Origin: Holosporales bacterium
GTDB lineage: Bacteria > Pseudomonadota > Alphaproteobacteria > RUG11792
Assembly (NCBI GenBank): GCA_031266385.1
Contig: JAISBC010000045.1
Location: forward strand, 1-55,690
Direction: 5' to 3'
Length of the DNA: 55,690 nt
The translations under genes were made by a program, and so were the position numbers. Each line of letters opens with the position of its first letter. Position 1 is the first letter of the stretch. Of this stretch, positions 1 through 9,036 are shown piece after piece. The notes under the pieces are model-generated. The model was not told the DNA's origin. It ran no database searches and worked only from the letters and a program-made list of their open reading frames with translations.

Positions 1-350
1 TCGAATACATCAGTCGGCAAAATGAACCAAAAATTTAACCGATATAGAGAAAATACATCCCATGTGGCATTGGCTTCTGGAATGTCCCAAGTGCTATGTT
101 GGAGCATTTTCAATCTGGCCACAGACGGAAACAGGATGTCTCTGGCCTCCCTTGGAACGTGTTTACCAATCCAAGGTGGTACTCCTTTTAAATTGCCTTC
201 GGCCACGAGGATCCTCTCGCCACCGGGGAGTCGCTGTCCGGGAACCACCACATCAGAATCCCTGAAGACCAAGACCCTATATTTAAGATCGACCGTGGAA
301 TTTTGACTGGCCATTCCATTAAAGGTCAGCAACAAACCTCCAAGAATCAT
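1..350 (-). CDS. hypothetical protein, 5' part only (gene runs off the left edge)
   Basis: Not in the ORF track because there is no stop inside the window. Minus-strand translation from ATG 350-348 gives MILGGLLLTFNGMASQNSTVDLKYRVLVFRDSDVVVPGQRLPGGERILVAEGNLKG... and stays open to position 1. Hydrophobic N-terminus. Lies directly downstream of murE on the same strand. No family recognised. Confidence 0.35.
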   Translation of the reverse strand, partial: MILGGLLLTFNGMASQNSTVDLKYRVLVFRDSDVVVPGQRLPGGERILVAEGNLKGVPPWIGKHVPREARDILFPSVARLKMLQHSTWDIPEANATWDVFSLYRLNFWFILPTDVF

Positions 351-451
351 GAATTGTTTGGCAATAACTTTCAATTCGCCCTCCCCAAGCTACAATGACA
401 CTATGGTGTCAGATTCGAGTATATGGGGATTTCCGCGACTAACTCAACAGA

Positions 452-1825
452 TTAATTATCGAGGATTTCCTTTTGATCGCTGTGATCCAGGACAGATGAA
501 CCATAAGCTTGAGTAGTTTCATGTCCCTTGCCCATGACGACTACGTGATCCCCGGGAAGGGCCGTTCTAATCGAGAATTTAATTGCCTCTTTCCGGTCGC
601 CAATTTCGATAGCCTTCTTGCAGCTCAGCATTATTTCTTCGCGGATTGTGGCCGGATCTTCGGAGCGAGGATTATCGTCGGTAACCACTACGACGTCAGC
701 CAATCTTCCTGCTATTTCCCCCATTTCACGACGCTTGGTTTTATCGCGGTCTCCACCGCACCCAAAAACACAGATCAATTTGCCTTTGGATATGTTTTTG
801 AAGGCCGAAAGTGCCGCCTCGAAGGCAGACGATGTATGCGCATAATCGACGAATATTTTTATTCCATTCGTTTCCTTGATGAGCTCCATTCGACCTTGCA
901 GAGGGCGAATTTTACACATAGCTTCGATGATGTCATGAGGATCTAACCCGCTGCAGTATGCGATCCCAATCGAGCACATCAAGTTCATTAATTGAAATTC
1001 TCCGATCAATCCAACTTCGATATCTTTGAACTTAGTCCCATCTAATACCAAGTCGAAAGTTATACTACTAGCATTATTACGAATCTTCTCGATCGTAATA
1101 CAATTCTTTGAATTCATTCCAAACGAAATAATATTTTTATTATATTTGGTGACACCGTTGTAAACGTCGTCAAAATCTCGAGATACCACGGCCGGAGATT
1201 TTGGATCTAGGATTTCGCTGAATAATTTAAGTTTTGCCTTAAAATAACAATCCCTGGTCATATGATAATCGAGGTGATCAGATTCCAGGTTAGTAAACGC
1301 CGCGGCAGACAAAGAAACGCTATGAAGCCGTTTTTGCTGCAGGGCGTGACTCGAGGCCTCGAAAACAAAATGGTTCACTTCATATGATTTCAATTTTTCC
1401 AGGATTTGGTGGAGAGAAAATTGGTCTGGAGTCGTGAGATCCGGAATACAAATATCATCTAGGGTTTTCGTCAGATCATCATCGACAAAGAGCCCGACGG
1501 TCCCCAAGTTGGCGGCCTTCCTACCACTAGACGTCCAGAATTGCCGAACGAAATGAGCTACTGAGCTCTTTCCGTTCGTTCCCGTGATCGCCACGCAAAA
1601 TTCCGGTTGTTCACTGTGAATAAAGCGGGCCATCTTTGATGCCAGGAGCCTAGCATCTTCGATCCCAATTACCCCCTCCAAATTGGATGCCAATTTTTCG
1701 GCAAATATGAGTGATGCTCCATTTCTCTTTGCCTCTTCGATGTGGTCGGTAATTTTATTGCTCGAAATGGCGATAAATATGTCGCCCTTTTCCACATTCT
1801 TCGAATTTATCCTAACTTTTTTCAT
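452..1825 (-). CDS. murE: UDP-N-acetylmuramoyl-L-alanyl-D-glutamate--2,6-diaminopimelate ligase
   Basis: ORF 452..1939. Mur-ligase P-loop ITGTNGKSSV and the MurE-type C-terminal signature TDDNPRSEDP. Start placed at the internal ATG 1825 (MKKVRINSKNVEKGDIFIAI resembles the usual MurE N-terminus and removes the overlap with divergent waaA). 1939 is the longest-ORF alternative. Confidence 0.9.
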   Translation of the reverse strand: MKKVRINSKNVEKGDIFIAISSNKITDHIEEAKRNGASLIFAEKLASNLEGVIGIEDARLLASKMARFIHSEQPEFCVAITGTNGKSSVAHFVRQFWTSSGRKAANLGTVGLFVDDDLTKTLDDICIPDLTTPDQFSLHQILEKLKSYEVNHFVFEASSHALQQKRLHSVSLSAAAFTNLESDHLDYHMTRDCYFKAKLKLFSEILDPKSPAVVSRDFDDVYNGVTKYNKNIISFGMNSKNCITIEKIRNNASSITFDLVLDGTKFKDIEVGLIGEFQLMNLMCSIGIAYCSGLDPHDIIEAMCKIRPLQGRMELIKETNGIKIFVDYAHTSSAFEAALSAFKNISKGKLICVFGCGGDRDKTKRREMGEIAGRLADVVVVTDDNPRSEDPATIREEIMLSCKKAIEIGDRKEAIKFSIRTALPGDHVVVMGKGHETTQAYGSSVLDHSDQKEILDN

Positions 1826-1886
1826 AATTTCCGATTTCTTTTGTCGCAATGCTAGCGACGTTCTATTATAACGGAATTGACCTGAT

Positions 1887-3242
1887 TTGTTCAAATGGGC
1901 AGAAAGAATGTTCCTAGAGCTTGCCGTCATCGCTGCCATTTACATTTGCATCATATATCACCCCAAGCACGTTTTAAGGGTGGTCGGAGTTATAGCAATT
2001 CCGTTCGTCAAATTATACGTAAACAGGAGAGTCGCGAATGGTCTGGAGGACTCATCCAGAAAGACGGAAAGATTCGGGATCCCATCACATGTACGTCCAT
2101 TCGGAAAGCTGATATGGATTCATGCCGTGAGCGTCGGGGAAGTCTTATCGGTTATTCCGTTCATCGAGGAGTTTAGAGGTATCAACGGGAACGTAAATGT
2201 AGTTCTTACGACGATGACTCTGACGGCCGCCAACCTTATCAAAGAAAGATTTCCTGAGACCATTATTCATCAATTCATTCCGTTTGATATTTTCCAGTGG
2301 GTTCGTAGATTCGTTAAATTCTGGGAGCCGGATGCAGTCTTTTTCGTTGAATCCGAGTTATGGCCCAATACTTTATTTCACCTCGCGGAGATCGGGATTC
2401 CAACTTATCTGCTGAATACGAGGATTTCGAGTAAAACCCTCAAAAGACTACAATTCGCCAAGAAGTTTTTCAATTTTTTACCGTTTAAACCTTTTCGTGA
2501 GGTTTTCGTACCATCGAAAGAAATGAAAATGCGTATCATGGAGCTGGGAGCTCAAAATGTTTCGGTTACCCCGAATATGAAAACTATTTCCAAGATGTTA
2601 CCTTTCGATGACGAGATTGCCGCATCACTGAAATATAAATTCAGGCAGAGGTGTGTTTGGATTGCCGTGAGTACCCACAAAGGGGAAGAAGAGATCATAC
2701 TCGAAGCACACAAAAAAATTAAAAAATCGTGTGAAAATGTCTTGACGGTTATCGCGATTCGACATCCCGAACGGGCTGAAGAGGTAACCGGGCTGTGTGA
2801 TACATTCGGGTTATCATCGATTCGGCATACTGTGGCAAAGGAAGAGAGATTTGAGATTCAAGAGGATATTTATATAATCGATCAAATTGGCTGCCTCGGA
2901 AACTTTTTTGAGGTAATCGACACGGCTTTGATTTGTGGTAGCCTGATCCCAGGAATCGGAGGGCATAATATGCTGGAACCGCTGCATTTCTCGTGTAATA
3001 TCCTAACCGGACAGTTCACTGAGAACTGCGAAGATATTTATCAAGCCGTACAAGCAGTTTGTCCAAAAGTTTCTGGAGTTGACGATTTGAGTGAAAATAT
3101 TATTCAATCGATTAATACATATCGCCGGACAATCGCCGGCAGGAGCAACAAGAATTTTATCAGCAGCTGGCAAAGAGCTATAAAACAAATTTCTCTGACC
3201 GTATACTGGACTCCACAATCAATTTATCGGATGAAAAAATAG
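1887..3242 (+). CDS. waaA: 3-deoxy-D-manno-octulosonic acid (Kdo) transferase
   Basis: 451-aa ORF with an N-terminal membrane anchor and the WIHAVSVGEVLS motif typical of KdtA/WaaA. Length and layout fit glycosyltransferase family 30. Confidence 0.8.
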   Translation: MFKWAERMFLELAVIAAIYICIIYHPKHVLRVVGVIAIPFVKLYVNRRVANGLEDSSRKTERFGIPSHVRPFGKLIWIHAVSVGEVLSVIPFIEEFRGINGNVNVVLTTMTLTAANLIKERFPETIIHQFIPFDIFQWVRRFVKFWEPDAVFFVESELWPNTLFHLAEIGIPTYLLNTRISSKTLKRLQFAKKFFNFLPFKPFREVFVPSKEMKMRIMELGAQNVSVTPNMKTISKMLPFDDEIAASLKYKFRQRCVWIAVSTHKGEEEIILEAHKKIKKSCENVLTVIAIRHPERAEEVTGLCDTFGLSSIRHTVAKEERFEIQEDIYIIDQIGCLGNFFEVIDTALICGSLIPGIGGHNMLEPLHFSCNILTGQFTENCEDIYQAVQAVCPKVSGVDDLSENIIQSINTYRRTIAGRSNKNFISSWQRAIKQISLTVYWTPQSIYRMKK

Positions 3243-3283
3243 CTCCGAACGGCTCGGATATGTGGTAGCATCCCTCCTGGGAT

Positions 3284-3368
3284 GCGGATGTGGTGAAACT
3301 GGTAGACACGCAAGATTTAGGTTCTTGTGACGAGAGTCGTGGGGGTTCGAGTCCCTTCATCCGCACCA
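3284..3368 (+). tRNA. tRNA-Leu (anticodon TAG)
   Basis: GCGGATGTGGTGAAACTGGTAGACACGCAAGATTTAGGTTCTTGTGACGAGAGTCGTGGGGGTTCGAGTCCCTTCATCCGCACCA. Acceptor GCGGATG/CATCCGC, anticodon stem CAAGA/TCTTG with loop TTTAGGT, long variable arm, T-loop GGTTCGAGTCC, encoded CCA. Confidence 0.9.
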
Positions 3369-3400
3369 TAAATGTTCTCGGTTTTTTTCTGTATCTATTT

Positions 3401-3655
3401 TTGGAGAATACTTTGAAGGCAAGTGGAATTTCATCTGTAATAGATCATATCTTGGATAATTTTTTTTTAATCCAAAAAAATGTAGATGATGTTTCCGAGT
3501 TGTATTGGTTTGTTATCCATGAGGTAGAACGCTCCCTTATACAAAAGGCGTTTTACCTGGCCGATAGAAATAAACGCCGCACGGCAAAGATCCTCGGGAT
3601 TAGTCGAAACACATTAAATGCAAAAATTAAAGCCTTAAAAATAGACGTATCGTAA
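3401..3655 (+). CDS. Fis-family small DNA-binding protein (HTH)
   Basis: C-terminal half of ORF 3290..3655: EVERSLIQKAFYLADRNKRRTAKILGISRNTLNAKIKALKI is a Fis/NtrC-type HTH. The ORF's 5' part overlaps tRNA-Leu, so I start at the in-frame TTG 3401 (ENTLKASG...). Start uncertain. Confidence 0.6.
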   Translation: MENTLKASGISSVIDHILDNFFLIQKNVDDVSELYWFVIHEVERSLIQKAFYLADRNKRRTAKILGISRNTLNAKIKALKIDVS

Positions 3656-4548
3656 TGCGTAATATTTTCAATCCAAAAACGACTTCAAAGCGATCGATTT
3701 TTTTCTTAATGTTAAATTTTGCATCGAGAAAAAATGGGGCCGTAATATGGAGATGTTGTTTACCGTGCTTTCTAGCCATCTCGTGTATCGTCGCAGATTT
3801 ATTTCGGTTTAGTCTAATAGTATTACTCAAATCTTCTCTCAGTAACGTAGTTGCTCCCGTCAAGATTTTTGCAAATAATATAGTCGAATTTCCAAAGTTA
3901 ATTTTGGGATTTATTGAAATTCAACAGGAAAATAAAAGACTGCTCGCAGAGATAGACGATCTGAAAATGAAAACTATAGTAGTTACCAATATGAAGCAGG
4001 AACTAGACGAATTAAAAAAATCATTAAATTTCGAATATTCGATATCAAAGTCTAGATCAATAGAAAAGGTTCTGGGATACGATAAATCATTTTGCGAATC
4101 CTTTCTTCTTATTTCGGCGAAATGCGGCGAAACTCATAAATCATGTGTCGTCGTCTCTAATGAGGGGCTCGTTGGAATCGTCTACGAAGTTCACCACAAC
4201 AAAGTCGCCAAGGTTATGACGGTCCTTGATAATCGTCTATCAATTCCAGTCATTTCTAAATCTGGAGAACGTATGATTCTCTCGGGGGATGGTGTAGCTG
4301 GGCTAGAATCGGTCGTAATTTGCGATACTCCGCACTCCGTTAGTGGAAGTAACAAAATTGGAGATATTCTATATACCTCCGGTGAGGGAGGAATATTTCA
4401 GGTTAATATTCCGGTTGCCCAGATAGTGAGCATTGATCCGAAGACAGGTAAAGTTTATGCCAAACCGGTGACCGATTTCACGAGGCTCAGTTTCGTGATG
4501 ATCCTTGGCCCCATCCTGGAATCGACACTAACTTCTGGAACAAACTAA
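3655..4548 (+). CDS. mreC: rod shape-determining protein MreC
   Basis: N-terminal membrane segment, then coiled coil (QQENKRLLAEIDDLKMK, MKQELDELKKSL), then a beta-rich C-terminal domain (GLVGIVYEV..., GDILYTSGEGGIF). This is the typical MreC layout. The true start may be an internal Met. Confidence 0.7.
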   Translation: MRNIFNPKTTSKRSIFFLMLNFASRKNGAVIWRCCLPCFLAISCIVADLFRFSLIVLLKSSLSNVVAPVKIFANNIVEFPKLILGFIEIQQENKRLLAEIDDLKMKTIVVTNMKQELDELKKSLNFEYSISKSRSIEKVLGYDKSFCESFLLISAKCGETHKSCVVVSNEGLVGIVYEVHHNKVAKVMTVLDNRLSIPVISKSGERMILSGDGVAGLESVVICDTPHSVSGSNKIGDILYTSGEGGIFQVNIPVAQIVSIDPKTGKVYAKPVTDFTRLSFVMILGPILESTLTSGTN

Positions 4549-6257
4549 TTCGCTACTTTCTTGAAGGTTGAATGATTCTCTTTAAAACATGTTACAAAAA
4601 TAGATTCGACTTTCATCGACTGATCTCGTTTGAATACAACGCACTCATCAGAGTCGTGGTAGTTTTGGCACATGTTTTTGCTTGGAAATGTATATGTATC
4701 GCCGTTAATGTGATTTAGTTTCGTCTGCATAACTCCATCGCTGAGCATCAGGTCATCCCCCTTTGAAAAAATTGTTACCACTCCATAAATTTCGTTCTCA
4801 TATTTCCCGCTGTATTCCTCGTGGGTTCCAGCAGGGGTTGGATTCGTTTCCGATAAGTCTTTGAGGAAATAATCTTGCTTCCTTTTGAAAAGTCGTCTTG
4901 AATTGAGCTCGGCATCAACCCAATCTATTTTCGAATATGAAAAACATAAATCCAGGAACTGGTGAACCATGTATTCAGCGAATAAAGTATGAGCTGTTCC
5001 ACCGAAGTTACAGACCATGCCGACACCTATATCATCCTCGAGAGAGATGGCAATAAATGCGACTGCTCCGTATATTCCTCCCATGTGAAAAAAGATAGTT
5101 CTGCCGTTTTTTCCATTATCCGAATACACGGCCTTAAAAATCCCGATACCATAGGATACTGTATCCTTCTCGTACCTCGATTTCACGAAAGTAAGATCGT
5201 CGTCCTTTAAATTCTTGGCTACTACGACTGGAGAAGTTAACTTCTCGAATATATTGGCCGGGATGATCGTTGTTCCATTAAAGGTCCCTCTGTTGGTCAG
5301 CATAGAAACCCACTTCGCCAAATCATTCGCTGAAACGTTGATTCCGGAAGTGGCGGGAAATTTATGGTAAATCCCGATGCATGGTCTTTGTTCGATAACT
5401 CCCTTAAAGCTGGAATGCCCTGTGACGACGTGTTGCGGTTTATAGGTAAATGGCAGGGAGATAAGCCTCCATGCCGCCTTGAAAAATCCGAATTTCTCTT
5501 TGTCGTGGCCGAACCTTGAAAGCAGATACTTGAAATATCCATACTTACTATCTATATAAGCCGAGCGAATCGCGCTCGATTCCGTCATCCCCATTTTATC
5601 GAAGATGTATTCCTGTATTAAATCTTCATATTTTTCTCCGGTGGCTGCCTCCAAGACATCGCCGATTATTCCGAATATTATATTTTGATATCCGTAACGT
5701 TTTCTGAATTCGCCGGGTCTTTGCTTAATGAAGCGTAGTGACCTTAAAATCTTGGCCTTATCATAGTCAACCGCTAAAAGAGAATCGCCGTAAAAATGAT
5801 TGAATCCGGAGCTGTGAGAAATCAGATCCGTTATCGTCATTTCCTGCGATAATTCTTCGGTTGATATGAAAAAGTCTGGTAGATATTTTCTGACCTTATC
5901 GTTCCAGTGTAATTTGCCTGCGTCCACCAAAGCACCAACCAGAACGGCCGTAAAATTCTTTGAAACGGAGGACACCGGGAAAACCGTGCTGGGCGTTACT
6001 TCCGTTGGCGATTTAGAATCGAGGGTTGTCTGGCCGATGGCGGCAACATGAATTATCTTATCCTTCCTGGCCACGACGAATGCACATCCAGGAATGCCTG
6101 TTTTTTTTAATCCGTCCTTGATAATTACATCCATTTTTTTTGCGCATTCTGCGACCTTAGAATCCTCTATTTTGCCGAAACTTAGGTTCGCAAGAAGAGG
6201 GAAAACAATCGCAATTGAAAAAACTTTCTTAATCGTTCCTAACATTTCCTTCCCCAA
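4545..6257 (-). CDS. secreted serine hydrolase of the beta-lactamase/PBP (class C-like) family
   Basis: Signal peptide (KKVFSIAIVFPLLANLSFG), SxxK motif in FPVSSVSKNFTAVLVGALV, YxN-like YGYQN, and a ~120-aa C-terminal extra domain. Its 3' end overlaps convergent mreC by 4 nt. Confidence 0.7.
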   Translation of the reverse strand: MGKEMLGTIKKVFSIAIVFPLLANLSFGKIEDSKVAECAKKMDVIIKDGLKKTGIPGCAFVVARKDKIIHVAAIGQTTLDSKSPTEVTPSTVFPVSSVSKNFTAVLVGALVDAGKLHWNDKVRKYLPDFFISTEELSQEMTITDLISHSSGFNHFYGDSLLAVDYDKAKILRSLRFIKQRPGEFRKRYGYQNIIFGIIGDVLEAATGEKYEDLIQEYIFDKMGMTESSAIRSAYIDSKYGYFKYLLSRFGHDKEKFGFFKAAWRLISLPFTYKPQHVVTGHSSFKGVIEQRPCIGIYHKFPATSGINVSANDLAKWVSMLTNRGTFNGTTIIPANIFEKLTSPVVVAKNLKDDDLTFVKSRYEKDTVSYGIGIFKAVYSDNGKNGRTIFFHMGGIYGAVAFIAISLEDDIGVGMVCNFGGTAHTLFAEYMVHQFLDLCFSYSKIDWVDAELNSRRLFKRKQDYFLKDLSETNPTPAGTHEEYSGKYENEIYGVVTIFSKGDDLMLSDGVMQTKLNHINGDTYTFPSKNMCQNYHDSDECVVFKRDQSMKVESIFVTCFKENHSTFKKVAN

Positions 6258-6338
6258 TTAAGGATTCTTTAATCGCTAAATAGTATACCTGCAACATTGA
6301 CGATATGGTGAGATTTTTTGCAAAGGTAGAAAAAATTT

Positions 6339-6785
6339 ATGGTTTATGGCGTAAAAAACACACTCATCATATGCCTCACGATATTGGTGGCCTGCGTTCT
6401 GTTCATTTCGTATAACGAATACACCAACAGGTACGCTCTCGTTGTGACTCAGGATAATTCTTTATATATTTTTGACAAAAAGAGCACGGTTCTGAATAAA
6501 TGCTCAGACAAAGGATGCTCTGTGATCGAGACCAAATTACCTGCCAAAGTTTTCTTCCCGATATCATCCGACAATACTCCCAGCAGATTATTTGGATCCG
6601 AGAAGAGAATGGCCGATGATGTCGTGGAAGCTAAGGCAGAGAAGAAGGAGGATTCTGAGACCAAAACTGAAGGCGCCCAAGAGGAAAAAAAATCTCCAGG
6701 TGAAGAAACTAAAATCTCTGAATCTTCCACTGAAACTAACAAACCCGAGGAAAACAAGAAAGCTGAAGAGGAATTTGTCGAATAG
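6339..6785 (+). CDS. hypothetical membrane-anchored protein with acidic/lysine-rich tail
   Basis: 148-aa ORF. N-terminal TM (LIICLTILVACVLFISY) and a C-terminal low-complexity E/K/T tail (AEKKEDSETKTEGAQEEKKSPGEETK...). No family recognised. Confidence 0.45.
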   Translation: MVYGVKNTLIICLTILVACVLFISYNEYTNRYALVVTQDNSLYIFDKKSTVLNKCSDKGCSVIETKLPAKVFFPISSDNTPSRLFGSEKRMADDVVEAKAEKKEDSETKTEGAQEEKKSPGEETKISESSTETNKPEENKKAEEEFVE

Positions 6786-6814
6786 ATGAGATAGACGGTA
6801 TGAGCCGAGCTTTC

Positions 6815-6890
6815 TGGTGGGCGCCGCAGGATTCGAACCTGCGACCCACTGATTAAGAGTCAGTTGCTCTACCAACTGAGCTAGGCGCCC
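6815..6890 (-). tRNA. tRNA-Lys (anticodon CTT)
   Basis: Reverse complement reads GGGCGCCTAGCTCAGTTGGTAGAGCAACTGACTCTTAATCAGTGGGTCGCAGGTTCGAATCCTGCGGCGCCCACCA. Anticodon stem ACTGA/TCAGT, loop CTCTTAA, encoded CCA. Confidence 0.9.
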
Positions 6891-6925
6891 TCTTTTTTTG
6901 CTTCAAATTAACGAGACTAACTTCC

Positions 6926-7001
6926 TGGCATCTCCTACGGGATTTGAACCCGTGTTGCCGCCGTGAGAGGGCGGTGTCCTAGACCCCTAGACGAAGGAGA
7001 C
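6926..7001 (-). tRNA. tRNA-Glu (anticodon CTC)
   Basis: Reverse complement reads GTCTCCTTCGTCTAGGGGTCTAGGACACCGCCCTCTCACGGCGGCAACACGGGTTCAAATCCCGTAGGAGATGCCA. Anticodon stem CCGCC/GGCGG, loop CTCTCAC, G1-U72 wobble in the acceptor stem, encoded CCA. Confidence 0.85.
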
Positions 7002-7234
7002 AACCACAGCCGATCATTATGAATTAATCTCCTAACCAAGGCAAGACCAATGTTTTCGGCCTTTATTCGTTTCATAATTCTTGTATGCTTTTTTGAGAGT
7101 TTCCAGCCAAAGATAAATGAATCAGCACTCAACTATATTCTTTAGACCCCATCCCTACCCTTCCCCCTTTACTATTCTCTCCGTTTCTGTGCTTCGTGGC
7201 TCCTAGTAATAGGTCCGATTGTGGGAGTTTGTGT

Positions 7235-7250
7235 GGGTGGGGGGGGTGGG
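7235..7250 (+). other. G-quadruplex-capable run GGGTGGGGGGGGTGGG
   Basis: Four G3+ tracts separated by loops of 1-2 nt in the tRNA-Glu/tRNA-Pro spacer. A C-rich tract (ccccatccctacccttccccc, about 7147-7167) lies roughly 70 nt upstream on the same strand. Confidence 0.5.
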
Positions 7251-7384
7251 CTAGCCTGCTCCCGACTGCTAATCTATCGGCGCCCCTCTTATTTCTTAAT
7301 TTTCTAGTTGCACCTGTCGGGAATGGAATTTCAACTAAAATTCTAATGGCCTTATCTGGTCGTCTCATTTAGAATAGGAATTAT

Positions 7385-7462
7385 CGGGAAGTAGCGCAGC
7401 CTGGTCAGCGCACTATTCTGGGGGGATAGGGGTCGGCGGTTCGAATCCGCTCTTCCCGACCA
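7385..7462 (+). tRNA. tRNA-Pro (anticodon GGG)
   Basis: CGGGAAGTAGCGCAGCCTGGTCAGCGCACTATTCTGGGGGGATAGGGGTCGGCGGTTCGAATCCGCTCTTCCCGACCA. Anticodon stem CTATT/GATAG, loop CTGGGGG, encoded CCA. Confidence 0.9.
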
Positions 7463-7845
7463 ACATCTATATAGGTCCGTTACTGCTTATTTTGTGCTGG
7501 GGCTAAGGAAGATCGGGTGTTCTGGCCATGTTGTGTAAACTATCGGCCAGCTTGATGATTTGACAAAAACGGGTGTTTTCGCCCATTTTGCTCTACGAGG
7601 TACTTCTTCCCCGTCGGACTGCTCATTAAAAAAAACCGCTCCCTCAAATCATAAGATCTCGTCGCGTAAATTATAATACAGATAAATTACATTGCAGTAA
7701 GATGGGATGGGCCGCCACATTAACCCTCTCTAAAATTTGCTCTCCTCACCTTCTTAAGTCTTCTTCCAAATTGGTGGTTGATACGATTGGGATACACAAT
7801 TCTTTTTGATTGAGCAGGGAATCTCGGACTCTCCTACTCTTAAAC

Positions 7846-7965
7846 TTATGCGGCGCGGGTATCCGAGATGATCGTTGGAGGAGATGTTTTATGTACCACT
7901 TCCTTATCGATGATGACCTCGATAGCATCCGGTTTATCCGAGATATCGAACATCAGATCCGTCAG
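7846..7965 (-). pseudogene. clpX: displaced 3'-terminal fragment of clpX (39 codons plus stop)
   Basis: The minus strand reads [39 protein letters not shown]-stop, versus [39 protein letters not shown]-stop in the real clpX. An in-frame TGA at 7966-7968 sits exactly where the homology ends, so this is a fragment and not a gene. Confidence 0.8.
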
Positions 7966-8053
7966 TCAGAAGCTCGCTTATCCCCCAATCATATTTACTA
8001 ACAAGAATTCTGGAAAACCAGGGCTAAGTAGACTGGGGGGCTATGGACGCCTA

Positions 8054-8809
8054 TCAATCGTATTCCACTTCGTCTTTGATCTTTGTCCCAGTGGGGCGCT
8101 CCCGGGCTCCCCGGAATGCTATGCAGCTCTTGGTAATGACGGGATGTTGCCCTAGTTTCGGGGACAGTTGATCCACCTTGTTCGCGAAGTGTATCATTCC
8201 TCCTTCCGTTGCTTTGAGTAGCTGCCAAAATGTGATTTCCGATTCCGGATCGGCCTCTGCCAGGGCCTCTCGGAACATGCCGATGTTCACTATTATTGCC
8301 GCTGGGACCCCTTCTGCTGCTCCACACTCCCAATTCCCAAAAACTTCTACTGCCTTTGCCTTCACTTCATTCGTTGAAAGCTTGCTTCCTACTATTACCT
8401 CTTTGTTGAGTTGTTGGGCTGCTGCCCTGTAGGATGGGCGCGACCTATGGACTTTGTCTTTCTGTGTGGCTGCCAGGATTTGTGGATACTGGGTTGTATC
8501 CCGGTGTGGGTTTCCTTCCCAGTTTTCAAAGGCAAGATAGTCCCTTACCTGACAGAATGCTGGGCGGCCTGGGATTGGTGGTAGCGGCTCCATAACCTTT
8601 GGAGCAGGTTTCTTGGCCCTAGGTTGAACCCAGGGAGGCATTGGCATATAAGGCACGTAGTAATATGAGGATTCCTTTCTCTGTTGGTATTCAGCCGCCT
8701 GTATGTTGACCCGGGTGCATGGACTTACCATGATCACGGCGAGGAGGACTAAGTACCTCGTTTTGTGTCTAGGAGACCGGGGATGGGAAATGTGGCTGGG
8801 CTCATTCAT
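8054..8809 (-). CDS. hypothetical secreted protein (island cargo)
   Basis: 251-aa ORF. Signal-like N-terminus (RHKTRYLVLLAVIMVSPCTRVNIQA), Pro/Tyr-rich segment (YYYVPYMPMPPWVQPRAKKPAPKVMEPLPPIPGRP). Sense strand visibly C/A-rich, unlike the neighbours. No family recognised. Confidence 0.55.
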   Translation of the reverse strand: MNEPSHISHPRSPRHKTRYLVLLAVIMVSPCTRVNIQAAEYQQRKESSYYYVPYMPMPPWVQPRAKKPAPKVMEPLPPIPGRPAFCQVRDYLAFENWEGNPHRDTTQYPQILAATQKDKVHRSRPSYRAAAQQLNKEVIVGSKLSTNEVKAKAVEVFGNWECGAAEGVPAAIIVNIGMFREALAEADPESEITFWQLLKATEGGMIHFANKVDQLSPKLGQHPVITKSCIAFRGARERPTGTKIKDEVEYD

Positions 8810-8842
8810 TCTATTGGCCTCTATGTATATGCTATTTACTTC

Positions 8843-8871
8843 ATCTTATCACTTGCATACTGTTTAGTCAA
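8843..8871 (-). promoter_or_regulatory. sigma70-like promoter for ORF 8054-8809
   Basis: The minus strand reads TTGACT-N17-TAAGAT, ending about 30 nt upstream of the ATG at 8809. Confidence 0.4.
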
Positions 8872-9036
8872 CTTTTGGCCCTTCGGATTTATACCATTTC
8901 TCCACATTTTCTATTTATACATTTGTTGTGTACTCGTGAATCTATTTGTTGGGCCAAATACATCCACTGTCCCATTCTCTTGACCTCTCCCTGGGTTGTT
9001 GGGCTTCACGGGAGATCATCCATTCGTTCTGGGCCA

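Noticed and set aside
22-306. Plus-strand ORFs 22..306 and 62..265 at the left edge
   Set aside because: They are shadows of a longer minus-strand frame that starts at ATG 350 and stays open to the window edge, in operon position behind murE. Their sequences are low-complexity and match no family.
3290-3400. 5' part of ORF 3290..3655 (MVKLVDTQDLGSC...)
   Set aside because: It is a translation of tRNA-Leu(TAG) itself. Only the C-terminal Fis-like HTH part is credible, so the start was moved to TTG 3401.
7129-7368. 79-aa minus-strand ORF in the tRNA spacer
   Set aside because: It is generated by the G-run and C-run low-complexity tracts (HPPHPHK...). It has no RBS-like context and resembles no family.
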